The notes under the pieces are model-generated. The model saw only the letters and a list, made by a program, of their open reading frames with translations, ran no database searches and was not told the DNA's origin. Shown here one piece after another: positions 26,252-40,295 of a stretch of DNA of 64,000 nucleotides. The translations under genes were made by a program, and so were the position numbers. This DNA is from Podarcis vaucheri (Eukaryota), in NCBI GenBank assembly GCA_965113315.1, contig OZ220363.1. One strand, given 5' to 3'. Each line of letters starts with the position of its first letter. Position 1 is the first letter of the stretch.

Positions 26252-29200
26252 TATTTATACCCCGCCCACCTGGCTGGGTTTCCCCAGCCACTCTGGGAGG
26301 ATCTCAACAGAAAATAAAACCACAATAAAACATCAAACATGAAAAACTTCCCTAAACAGGACCGTCTTCAGATGTCATCTAAAAGTAACATAGTTGTTTA
26401 TTTCCTTCACATCTGATAGGAGGGTGTTCCACAGGGTGGGGGCCACCACCAAGAAGGCCCTCTGCCTGACATGTGCCAACCATGCCAGATATCAGTTGCT
26501 TTGCTAACACCGTTGCCTCCCCAAACATTTATTTTATTCATTTAATAAACGCACCACTTAATTGTGAAACCTCTAAACGGTTTATGTAAAAAATGTAAAA
26601 ATATCAGTAAAATACAACATTGAAAACAAGGTGAGCTAAGAACAATTCCAAGCATGAAGTTCATCCTTCCCACAACTTGCACGTTACACCAGTAGAAAAT
26701 GAAAGGCGTCTTTTTTTTAAGGGATGTGTCAAATATAAATTGTTGTCTTCCTTTTAAAATATGCATTCTTTTCCTTCAGTTCCAGATCCAGCATACCTCA
26801 TGATCCAACAGATCCTCTTCTAGCTGGAGGACACTTTTCAGACCAGCTGCAACCACTTTCTTCCGTTTATGTAGAAAAGTCTTTTCCTCTCCGCAAAGGT
26901 CAAACCTCATACGCACATCAAGGTGCTCAGAGCTGAAACAAAATTAAGGACGTAGGTAGGGGAAGCAAACATCATCCACTAACTACAGGATCAACATTCC
27001 ACATTTAGAGATAGCCTGTTACTCTAAATCAAGCGTGGGGAATCTGAGGTGCTCTATATGTTGTGGGGCTCTCATTTAAACTTGCCTAATTTCAGCTTTA
27101 CGCAGCCAGCTGAAATCACAGAAATTAAATGCACAGAAAACAGAGAGCTTAAAGCTTCTTTTGGCACAGGGTTCCGCAGGACAAAAATAGCTTTAAGGTC
27201 TCTGCTTTGGGATTGGGGAGGCTCTCGCAAGAGCCTCATAGAGCCTTCAAAGCTCTCTGCCTTGCTTGGGGCACAAGACCTGTTTGGCATGTTGGCTCCA
27301 GAAGGTAAGAATGATCACATTGGGGTGTTCCAAGTATACATGATTTTGGTTCTGTGCATATTCAGTAACCCCCATGCAAGTTGCAAGTCAACTGCGAGGG
27401 CACCAGACTGGCAAAGTCCAACCTAAACCATTATTAGGCATTCAAATCCAAACCAAACTGAATTTCTCCCCCATCACAAAAACCTAAGGTGAATATAAAA
27501 TGACTGCAGCTAACACAAAGGAGAGAATTACTGTCATTACTTTGGACCCACATACATTAGTTAAGAAAAAGTGTTTTATATGCATTATAACACTGTGACA
27601 CCAGATGGCGCGGTGGAGTTCTGTCATTTGCCAATGTGATTTCCCACATTGAGGTTTTCCTGAAATGCTTTTTTGATGTGTCTAAATCCAGCCCTAAACT
27701 CCTGACAGCAACTGTTTGAATTTCCCGTCTACACATACACACATACCCATACCCCACTGAAAACAGTGGATGGGAGAAAAGAATAGGGGACTTTGCACTT
27801 GGGCACACAATTCATGGCTTGAATCAAGAATCCTTTCTTTAAAAAAAAAAATCACACAAGTATTAATTAGCTGACCAAAGCCAGTATGTGGGTTGTCCCC
27901 AATATTGCCATGTTAATTGGACACTATGGCTATCTTGCTTTCAAATAGTCATCATTCTCTCTTCTTTTCTTTTCTTCTCTGATCTCAGACCCTTATGTTC
28001 CATCCCATGTACATCCCATCCCATGTGTATATATGCTTGCCAGTTAAAGAATACATGACACATCAGATGAAGTGGGTTGCACACCAACGTTTATGTCATA
28101 ATAAAACTGTTAGTAAAACTGTTAGTTAGGTGCCAGAAGACTTGTTGTTTTTCTTACAACAGACTATCAACATGCCTATCCTTCTGGAGATTGACATCGA
28201 ACTCCTCTAGCTAACCCAAACAGTTGCAAAGAGGACAATACAGAAAAACAAAAAATAGACTGGGTTACCCTAAAAGTCTACTCAAGATTTTTTTTGGGGG
28301 GTGTCAGAAAAGTAATACATTACCAAGTCTGTGTATGCAATTTAACTTCCAAATTAGTATCCTGAAATGAAGAATAATGAAGAACAATATTTTAAGTCGC
28401 ATGCATAATCCACAGAACTCAGCATTCTTAGATTCTATTCACATAATAATTACTTGCTGGAATATGCCACAAAATGGAAAAAATAAAATCCTGGTAGCTT
28501 TTCTATGTGTTTCTGCTCTCTGACACCAAGTGAAGCAAATCCTATGACACTGTTAACTCTGAAAAATAGTGCATTTTCTGTGACTGCGTCTCTGCATCAT
28601 AAAGTATAGGCACATTTATAAAAATGAAAGGCCTGAGAACCGCAGAACATTTTTATTTCTCGTGATATTCCTTGGTTTAAATAAACATACACACATGCTT
28701 ATCCTAAGTATGCATAACAATAGAGGTTGTGTGAGTTACATCCAGGCCTGTGATCAGCAGAGTTCCACTTGTGCTACAGGAAGAAGGGAAGACAATTTCT
28801 CATCCATTCCTCCTCCTTCCTACAGCCCTTATCCCTTGCAGCTACATGGCGAAGGGAGAAAAATTACCTACCCTCACCCTACTGGATCTCAGACCTTTCT
28901 GTGAATCAGATTGAAAGCTGAGCAATACTGAAACAAAGCTTAAAATTCCATACAAAAATGCCCGTGGTATGGGCTCCAATCTTATGGAACAGGGGAAACT
29001 GTGCAAAAAGATATATCTTTACAAGATGCAAAAAACTGAAGAAACTTTCCCTGTGGTAGAGGGAAAGGCATTCCAGAACGTAAGAGCAATGGGGGAAATG
29101 CCCATTTTCAGGTTCACCACCCTACAATATTCTGTTGGATATGGTGATGACACAAATAAAATCCCCACCCCCATGATGTAAGACTTGGATTCTAAGTGAT

Positions 29201-31818
29201 TGTTCAGATCTATACATTGGCAGGCAGTCCTTCAGGTAACCTGGTCCCACGTTGTTCAAGTTTTTATGTGGTAAGATCCACCACCACAATCTGGGACAGC
29301 TCCTTTCATGTGCAACTCTTAGGAACAAACTTATTACCGTACTTTTCTGTGCATAAGACTAGGCTTTTATCCTTAAAAATAATGCTAATAAGTGGGTGTC
29401 GTCTTATACAGGGGTGGACGTTTGATTGGTTGCTGCCTCGGCTGTCAGCGGCTATTGTGCGTGTTCTTGGCTGCTGCGTCAATAGGTGGTTTTTAATGGC
29501 CAGTGCAGCGGCAATTGGGCAGGCGATTGGCAGCTTATGGCAGCAATGGGACAGGTAGGAGGTGTATTTTGCGATGCGTAGGGCAATCCTCCCCAAAAAA
29601 AGCTCAACAACTTTGTGCCATCTCCCCCCATTTTCTTAAATTTGAGCCCCACGAAATAGGGGGTATCTTATACATGGGGGCGTCTTATGCACGGAAAAGT
29701 ACGGTATGTTTCAGCTATCACATCCAATTATGTGGAAGAACTCAGAAAGCCTTTCCAGATAGCTTGATATTGTTTGCATCATTAAAGTCCACTTTTCCAA
29801 GATCAGCCATTGTGTAAAAAGCTGGGACAGTTAATTGCCTTAAGTTTAGGAACCTATCAAAGTGTGAAGTGCTTACCTCTGATGCAGTAAGAATTACTTT
29901 CACCTCCTGCCCCACAGAAAGTGATTTCAGAGGCATAGTCAGGGATGCAGATGAATTCTGTTTGTCTTGCTCCCCATTACTTGAGCAATGCTAGATGGGG
30001 TGGGGAGAGTTATGTTGTTAAATAATCAGAAAATACTATGTTTAAAGATTATTTTGATTTTTCAAAAAATAATGTTATATTTCAAACAGAGTAGGATGGC
30101 AGTCTAAAGAACCCTAGGGTTGAACCCTGCAGTTTTTGCATATAACTTATCAGTTAACTAAAACTCTAAAACGATATGTATATTATCAGTTTAATTAATG
30201 TTTATCAAGGTTATTACATTAGATGGGCAAACTTTTGGACTGAAAGCATGAATATAATGAGTGTTACCAACTGGAGCTAATACTTTTACCTCACTGCTGT
30301 TTTTGGTTTGGGGGAGTAGTCGAGGGAGAGTCTGGGTGCAAAAGCACACTCTTAAAAATATTTACTTGGAAGCAAGTCCCATTTAAATCTACTCTGAAGT
30401 TGGTGGTCATTGGTGAACGAGGTATTTCAGGCCAGGGTTCCTGGAATCCAGGCCCCGGTAACTGACCTCCTGTACCATGAGAATAGCATGTCTACCAAAG
30501 ACGTCATGGTCTGGATTATGTCTACACAGAGGTGCCAACTAAACAGTATTTTGAAACACACCATCTGATTAAGCATCTAGTCAGATGAAGTTTCAGATTC
30601 AGGGCCTGCTTTTCAGTCTATATTACTGAGAAATGAGAAGATCCCATCAGACCAAGCTTCTGCTCAACACTGTTCCCCACACTCTGCCTCTCAATCTGAT
30701 CCTTTGCTAACTTGGACTACACCAGAGATAGCCAACACAGTGCCCTCCAGATTATACCACCTTCTGAAGATGCCCCATTCTTCCTTTCAGAGTTCCTTCC
30801 TTTCTGCCAATATATTCCCCTTTCTTGCCCATTCAGATCGTGTGCATGTAGAACACTAACATAAAAAAGGGGTTACTTTCACTCGCTTTCCAGAACAGCA
30901 GCTGCACTGGTCCGCAGCACAAAAGAAAAAGAAAAGATATCACTCTACTATAGTTTCCCATTATGTTCAAATACAGGAAACTGTGGTTTGATCCAATCAC
31001 AGAGATAACAAAACAGAATTAAACTGTGTTTTCATATTCTGGTTTTGTACAACTACCCATAGTTTAGACAACCACTGTTTCCCATATGAGGACACAATAG
31101 GAAACTATAGTTTGTGCAACATAGCAAATCGAAACTTTTAACTTCCCTCAAGGTCTAAGGAGGAAGGAAGTGGATTGGTGCATGGGAATCTGAGGCTCAC
31201 TGTGGCACATTATTATAACAGAAACAGAAAACCATGATTTCCTGGGTCTGTATTTTATAATACTCTGAGAGGGGGTACATTATTCTATCCCTATTGTATT
31301 TTTAGGTGTGGTGCATTATTTCCAATGAAAGTATGGTCACCTGCAGGTGAGCGTTTAATTGTGGTTCCCAATACGTCGGGTAGTGGAAATAAAAGCATTC
31401 TACCGATCCAGATTCCAAAACAGTTTTCCATGTATCTTCATATGATCCCTTCATTCTCAGTTCAAGATCACCTTCTTCTACAAAGAGAAGCCCAGACAGA
31501 TTACAATATCAACATGAGTGTAAAAAACATATTTTACCTACAAACTGCCCTTTAGAGCTACAGTGGTACCTTGGTTCCCAAACGCCAAAAACCCAGAAGT
31601 AAGTGTTCTGGTTTGCAAACATTTTTCAGAAGCTGAACATCCGATCTGGCTGTCGGCTATTGTTTCCAGGGCACCTGCACCAATCAGAAGCTGAACCTTG
31701 GTTTTTGAACATTTCGGAAGTCAAACGGACTTCCGGAATGGATTAAGTCTGACACTTTTGTTTTTGCATTTTTGTTTTTGAGGCTTTTTCGGGACTGTGT
31801 GGAACCCAGTTCAGCTAC

Positions 31819-31857
<39 letters not shown>

Positions 31858-34800
31858 GTGACTGCAGAAATGGATAATAGCCTCCCATCCAAACAATGAC
31901 TATCATCAGTGCAGGTAAGGAAAAAAATATATTTTTATCATCTACAATACTGTCTTATTTATTTTATAGTACAGTACATTGATTATTGCTTTCATTTTAT
32001 AGATCAATGGTCTCGTTAGATAGTAAAATTCATCTTAAATTGCTGTTTTAGGGGATGTTTTTAAAAGTCTGGAACAGATTACTCTGTTTTGCATTACTTT
32101 CCATGAGAAAGTGCGCCTTGATTTTGGAACACTTTGGTTTTGGAACAGACTTCCAGAATGGATTAAGTTTGAGAACCAAGGTACCACTATCCTATCTGGA
32201 TTTAATATAAATGTCCCCCCCCAAAAAAAAAAAAAATAAAAAAAAAAATCCAGCACCTAACAGTTGCTTAACAGCTAGAAGGAAACACCACCCAAAATAT
32301 TTGCACCAGTAAAATGATTGCTTTTCCAAACAGCAGTTATATATTTAATAACTTGTTGGCATTTGTTTCTAATTTAAATACTAGCAATAACTTCAAATTT
32401 TGCCAAGGGCTAGTTAATCAACAGGCTAGATATGCTATAAAGGAGTGTTAACAATCTCAGTATCCTTCAGTCCATTCCGGACTTTGCAAGTAATTATCCA
32501 TAATATACCACCTTATTTTCTCCTGCAACTTGACATTGCAACATGAAGAACATTTAAGCAGCTTGTATGCATTTCATCCTGATCTTATTATCCAATATGG
32601 AACAGAATCAATAGCTGTTGCTTAACAAAACAGCAGCAGCAGATAAAGAAAAATATTTATATCTGCATCCATTTTCTTGATTCCCAGATAAGAGAAAGTT
32701 AATTGTTGTTGAGGTGGGGTACGATCTCTACCTGGAATTACCTTTGAAATACTTCACACTTTTCTCCTTGGAAACACAAACATTCAAACAAGCAACTGGA
32801 CGGGCCTGTGAAAAATGAACAATAATCCAAGTAATGAAGCTTCAAATCAGTGGCGTAGCGTGGGTTGTCAGCACCAGGGGCAAGGCAAGTAATTTGCGCC
32901 CCCTAACCCGTGGATTTGCGCCCCCTAACCCTAACCCCCAGATGTTGTGCCCGGTGCGGCCGGGCCCCCCTGCACCCCCCACGCTACGCCACTGGTGACC
33001 CGACAAGGAGTAGCGAAGGATGGGCGTGTTTCGTCCCTGATCCAGATGAGATCAAGGCGCCGGCAACGGGAAGGAGGCGGGGGAGAAGCAGGAGCAGGCC
33101 AGCCGGGGCTGCTCCAGACCCCTCCCCGATCTCTCCCATCGCCGCTGGAGGGGTCATGGAGGCACTGAGCCTGGGAGGCGGGTAGCCAGCCAGGGCGCAC
33201 CTACCCAACCTCGCCGCGCCCAGGCGCGCTGCTCTCTCCAACTTCCTCCCGGCCGGGCCAGCGGCTCCACCTCTTCCTTTGCCTCTTTGAGCCGCTTAAT
33301 TCCCAGCAAGCGATTAGCAGGCTCGGATCGGCTCCTGCGGCAGGCGGCGCCTCCACCTCCTCCTCCTCCCGGCTTTGCTGCTGCACGGCTCTTTTCCCTC
33401 CACCGACAGCGCGCTGCGCCTTGGAGAGGTTCCCGCTTCCTCGAGGGGGGCTGGCCAAATGGAGACGACGACCCCCCACCCCAAGCAAGCCTCAATTGCT
33501 TGTCCCTTCCCTCTGGACTCGCCCCCCCACCAGATGTTGCGGCCGGTGCGGCCGGCACCGCTTGCACCCCCCACGCTACGCCACTGCTTCAAATTTATTG
33601 AATGGTCAAGCATTCATGAAGAGCTGCCTCTAAAGGCAGTTCTTTAACATTTGTCTCCCATAGTCCTCCACCCCACAGCCTTTAGTTCCTTTTGTGTATA
33701 TTAAATTATAATTCACCTAAAACTACATTCCAGAAACAATGAAAGGATGCACAAAATCTAAAGGATTAAGATTACCACTATGATGTTGTTTGTGAGGAGA
33801 TTCTCAAGACGATCCAAACTAGAAGGGGGGAAATGCAAGTTTTAAAAATAATTGCACCGAATACATCTTTCTTAGCAACCAATCTTGCCTTACAAATTTA
33901 GTGAACTGAGGCCTGGCAAAGCAGGATTACAGGAAGGAGTGTGAGCCACAGGCAACAAAGAAAAGCAGACCCTCCAAGTCTCCCTATTTTCCAGCAACAG
34001 TCCTGGGTTTACAGAAGCCATCCTGGTTTCTGATTTGATCCCAGAACGTCCCACTTTTCCTTAGGATGTTCCAATTTTCTGCGGAGAGACGTTGGAGAGT
34101 ATAGTAGGACATCCCCATTCCATTCAAAAAGTTTTGTTGGGTATGGAATAGGACATCCACAGGGCTTTGTTTTTTCAACTGGAACTCACCGGAACTCATT
34201 TCCAGCACCTCTCAGGTGGGTACCATTGCCATTATAAGAGAACGGGGAGGCGTTCATGGTGAGTTCTGGCACCTCTTTTTCTAGGAAAATGGCACTGGGC
34301 ATCCCTATTTTCAATGGAGAAATGTTGGAGGACATGCAAAAGGAATCCCACCCTCACTTACATCCAGTCTAGACAACAACAAACTCTAGACACCAACTAA
34401 AGCACTTGCTCAGAACAAGCCAATACACCCTAACTTTCAGTAAGAATGTTTAGGAGACTGCAACCTGAAGTTCCTTCAACTTCAGTTGGGAGAGAATATC
34501 TATGTGATTCATTTTAGCACGCACTTAAAAGTGCTTAATGGTAATCAAATTGGGCCTGCTACAGATGTACACATTAGTTTGTTCTGTGTGTATCGCTGTC
34601 CTTTGCTGGATATAATCAAATTTTACTTTGCTTTTCTACTTGTGCAAGACAATCCTGATTCTATGATCGCTGGATCCAAGCTTACATGTTTTAATAATCA
34701 CTCACTATATGCTTTTACGAAAAAGTTCCACAAATCCTTCCATTGGAACTATTACTTTATAAAAATTGATAGTATTTAGGAACACTCCCACATTCCTTTC

Positions 34801-37800
34801 CCAATGTAAATTGTGGTGTGATACATTATGGGTTCTTCAGGGGTTACAGTGGTGTCCAAACTTTTTTCAAAGAGGGCCAGATTTGATGAAGTGAAGGGCC
34901 GTGAGGGCTGACCAAAGTTGTTAACCTTTTTTTCGGGTTGAAGTTGTTGAACTTTTTTTCAGATTAAAGTCGTTGAGGGTTTTTTAAGATTCCCCCCCCC
35001 CCCAGGAAACAAACTGCCACAGGGGCCGGATTAAACCAACTGGCGGGCTGGATTAGGCCCCCCAAAACGGACTTTGGACATGCCTGGGTTAAATGAGCAG
35101 GAAAGAGAGCTGGAGTTCAATAAAGGATCAGCTATCTCCTGAGGGAAAGGCACTTCAGTCTCTACTTCAACATGCCTGCTAGTCTTTCTTTCCCCGTAAC
35201 ATAGAGATCTTTTTCTTTGTTAGATGATACTTCCCCAACAGTTTGAATGTACAACATTTAAAGCAATAGCAATGCAGTTTGTTTTTTATATGATATGAAA
35301 GAAAATACTTTGCTTTTACTATGTATACTACTTGAATTATAGAGAACAACCTTATCTCTCCAGTAGAAAAAATGGCAAGTGTGAAACAGCCCCTGAAATC
35401 TACCTGTAATGGTTTGAATTCCACATTATGGATCAGCAAATACCCTGCATCACATTTCATACGGCATGCTCCCAGAATGGAGGAAAGGCATAAAGCAGGC
35501 TTTATTTAATTAAATTAAGAAGAGCATGCTTACTTCAGGAAGACTAGAACTTTTGGTGAAAGGTAATTAACTGAAAAACAGAAGAAGCAACCACATCAAT
35601 TGTTCGATTTATTATGCACAATTAAATTCATGCCTAGACAAGCTAAAGTCTATCATCTGGAAGCTTTCAGCACCCTGAATGCTCAAAGTGACAGCATATG
35701 TAATTAGTTGTGCTATCTTGATGACTCCTGCTCATTAAATTCACAGCTTGTTATAAACAAAGACATCTATAAATGCACTAACTTAAACCTGTATTTTTTA
35801 ATAAAAAAAACAAACTGACACCACATTTTATAAAGAATCCAGAATACTTCCCTATTATTACTACATACTTTTCCTTCATTATGAACTCTACGTCCAGTTC
35901 TTCCTTACTCTGGAAAGAAAAAGATGGCTGGGATCAGCAACATAATAAAAAAAAATCTGCTTAAGAAACAAAAAAAGTAAAGAGATGCTTTTCATATTAA
36001 CTGAATATGAATGGCAAGTGAAGCAAAACATTGCAGGATTTCAGCCATAAAACTATAAGAAGAGTCCTGCTGGAACAGCCCAAAGTCCCATCTCTTCCTC
36101 CTGTCCTGATAATCAGCAGATAACAGCTGCGGATTGCCTTAACCTACAACATGCATGTCCAACTTCAAGTAGCTTGTGATCTACAATATCAAAAACTGGC
36201 AGTGATCTACCAGCCAGGGATAAGTGCAGCGTGGGCGGGCAGCCGCTGGCTGCTTCCCGAGGGAGCAGGAACATGTAGGGAAAGGTGTAGGGTGGGTGGC
36301 AGGATGGGTGCAGAGTGGGCCGGTACAGCCCAGATCTCTCCCCCCCCCCCGCCGAAGCTAGCCCTTTCTCTCTCCCCCCAAGCCAGCCCTTTCTCTCTCC
36401 CCCCAAGCCAGCTCTTTCTCCCCCGACCCCAAGCAGCGCTCTCTCTCTCCCCCCTCAAACCAGCTGGGCTGCGGAGCTCTCCTGGACAACGCTTCTCCTC
36501 CCGCCCACCCGCAAACCACAGCACGATCTCTCTCTCTCTCTCTCCCCTCTGTCAAAGGGAGCCACGCAACTGATGTGGATCCCAATAGGTAGTGCCTGCC
36601 CTCCCTCCCTCTCTCCCTCCCTGCCAAAGGGAGCCTTCCCACGCGGCTCCTCCTCGCGCCTCCCTCCATCTCCGGCAGCCTTCCCCTTTCCCAATGGGGA
36701 TAGCCATGCTAAGCCCGCCTCCACGCTTCCAGCAGCATCCCACAGACCTCTGCCCAGCTCCCTCGCGTCTCTGCTCAGGCAGAGAAAGTCAGGTAAGTGC
36801 CAGAAGGCCAGGTAAGTATCATTCAGGGCTTCTTCAAACATGGCATGTGATGTCAGATAATATATTTACATAATCAAAATGTTCAGGAGGCACACACATA
36901 AATATTTCTCCTCCACTGAAGTGTGAAGCAAAGATATGAGCAAGGTATTTCGTTCTGCACCTCTGAATTCAGTATGAAGGTTGTGTGGAATCTCTCTCCA
37001 GGGCTGACTTCAGCTACATCAAAAAGGACAGTAAAGAGAAGGTCATCTGTGGTGAGCAGGTCTTCATCATAAATCTTCAGTTCCAGGATGTTCTGAAAAT
37101 TAAGGAAGCGCCTTAAAAAAATTGTATGTGCTTGTGTTAAACGTTAGGACCTCAACAGGGACGCGGACTTATAAAAAATATTGGGGGGGCCCGGGAAAGC
37201 TCGTGAAATGTAAATGAGCTCATGAATATGCAAATAAGCTCATGAATATGCAAATAAAGTGGCGCCGCCCCCTCGCGAGCGAATAGGGGAGAGCGTGCTG
37301 CTGCCTATTAATCAGCTCCGGAACAGCTGATATGCGGGAAACCTGGGGCTAGAGGCAGAAGCCCCCGCCCCCGGGGATTCCCCTGTTCTTGCGGGGGACG
37401 GCCGGGGCTCTCCAGCTAGGGCGCGCGGCTGGCTGGCTGGCTGGCTGGGGAGAGAGCAGGTGGGGAGGAGGCGGGGGACGGCGGCAAGGGCGCCCGAGAT
37501 TATTGGGGGGGCTGAGCCCCCCCAAAAAATTTTTTGAGGGGGCTCAAGCCCCCTCAAGCCCCATGGAGTCGGCGCCTATGGACCTCAAATCTATCTGAAC
37601 AAAAACTTGCCCATCTTAAGCTACTAGAGAAATTCTAGAATGCAGATTCTCTGAGACTAATGCCATTTCCTTACCTTCACTTGATTCTGTACTGTGAAAT
37701 AGAAGGTTTCGTTCCACACAGGTGCACTTGAATTCAGGACTGTTTGAGTCCTTGCTTCCTCCTGCGAAGCTGTTGGCAGCCATAGAGTTACATAGCAGTC

Positions 37801-40260
37801 AGCTCCACTCACTAAAGCAGGGAGAAAAACTTGCTTAGTAAGAGTCTAAAGCCAAGCACTAAAACCACAACACTGATAACCTTTGTGACTCTATTGTATT
37901 AAGTTTGACACCTTTCAGATAAAGAGATTAGGTAAGTTTGGAGCTAGCATCTGCACGGATAAGGAGCCAGTTTAGCCCCAGGTACACGCCTTTATTTTTC
38001 TACCATATAAATGAACACCCTTAATAATTCACTTCTGTGAGGGAAAGTAAAGCCCTGCACTAGATGACACCTTTTAACAAAGGGAGGGAGAAATTGTCCA
38101 TCATCCACACCCACTGACTCGCCTGACATGACAGACATCTAGCACAGAAGGATGGAGGTAAACAACACATCTCTGAGCTTTCTGCAAACCTCTCCATACC
38201 ATACCGAACTTATCAAAACAGTAGGGGTGTTAGTCAACTAAGTATTACTCAGAGTAGACCCACTGAAATCAGTTGTCATAATTGAGTCATGTTGGTTAAT
38301 TTCAGTGGGTCTACTCTGAGTAACACTTAGTTGATTACCACCCTTGGCATATTACTAATCACATATAAAGGGCTGCCCTACATATTAAATCTACATGGCA
38401 GTACATAGAAGATTGTCTTATACCAAGGGTCAAATTATCTGTCCATCTCGTCTAATATTATCCACTCTGACTGGCAGCAGCTTTTCAAACAAGCAGGAGT
38501 CTTTCCCATTACCTGCTACCTCAGGCTTCCTCAACCTCGGCCCTCCAGATGTTTTGAGATGAAAATTCCCATCATCCCTGACCACTGGTCCTGCTAGCTA
38601 GGGATCATGGGAGTTGTAGGCCAAAAACATCTGAAGGGCCGAGGCTGAGGAAGCCTGTGCTACCTGATTCTTATTTTAACTAGAAATTTGCAGGGATTGA
38701 ACCTGGAACCTTTTGCATGGAAAACATGTGCTCTACCCACTGAGTTATGGCTCCTCCCCACTGAAATGTGTAGTGATTCTGCTTTTCACATCAATGACCA
38801 GGACAGCTTCTGTGTAGTGTTTTACATGTAGTCCGGTTTTCGCTTACCGTACATATGATCTTTATACCTAAAACATAGCTACCTCTGAGTGCTAAATTAA
38901 TAAGGTGGTACTCTGTGTTGTGTAATATTTGGAAAGGGATTATTTTTTAAGCATCAGATGGCATGACTGTGAGCTGTATCCAAATAAGGCCTACTCAGAG
39001 TAGACCTACTGAAATCATTGGTCATGACTGACTCATGCTTATTGAATTCAGTGAGACTTCTCTGAGGCTGGATCCAAACAGATATTAAATACGCTATTAA
39101 AATACTATTAAAAATTGCAATAATATATATATGCAATTTGCCATTGAGCTCTACAGAGCCATCTGGTGTCACAGTCTTATAACACACTTATAATGTTAGA
39201 ATTGCAGCTGTGTAACTGAGTCCTCAGGAGGAGTAGGACTTAGTTAGATTCAAATCTATGTGTCCAACCAAGTTTGTTCTCAGGCCAAAGAGTCTTTATA
39301 CATATAAAAGGGTAGGTCTGTGGTTCCTTCAAAAACCTGCCAAGCATTTCAGGTTTGCCAAACATTTTTGATCCCTAGTTAAAACCTGAATTTAGAATTC
39401 CACTCTCACCATCTGTTGAAAATGTTTCATGTTTTGTTTTTCTGGTTACCAGTCCTTTTAATTTCATGGAAGAGAGGCAACCAAAATGTGAAGGAAATAT
39501 GGTACTCACATGGGTCAGCTGCAGTGATATTTTTAGCTTGCAAGATTTTCACAGTGAGCTGAGAAGTGGGGAAGATTTGGATCTGCAAAGCAAATGTATG
39601 ATTTGATGAAGTCACAAAACTGAATTTAACTACACACACTTACCAGCAAAAGGAAACAGAATAGATAATCTCAGAATTGTAGAATGATAAGACAGGAGCA
39701 TATCTGAGAGGTACTTTAACCCAGAACATGAACAGTAATTTGAAGGTAAGGTTCAAAGCAGATGAGGAGGTGATATTTAAAAGAGCCCTTCTATGAGTTA
39801 CAATCTCATAGAATCTCATACAGTGCTTTACCTACTTAATCTCAAGACCTTGTACTCAGTTACACAGTTGCAAATAAAACATTTTAAATGAGTTGTAAAG
39901 TGCAGTATACAAATGTGCAGTGCTTTTCTTTAAAAAATGTTTAGGGGTACTCTCAAGAAAATCACCATTTTATAGTTAAAATCAGGAAAAATAAATACAG
40001 TAAATGGACAAAAGTACAAAGATTCACAAAATGTTTACGGGTAACCATACCCCTGCGTATCCCCCAGAAAAAGCACCACAGATGTGACGCTAGATGGCAG
40101 CAATGAACTATGCAAAATTCAATGTATTTTTCAAAACGTGTTTTTTTTTAAAAAAGGATTTTCACAGCGTTTTTATATGTGTACAGATTCCACCCCTCAC
40201 ATGCTAATCTTGTTGAAATGCCCTCAAGTGTCTTGACCCTGTAGTGCATGTACTGCATAT

Positions 40261-40295
<35 letters not shown>

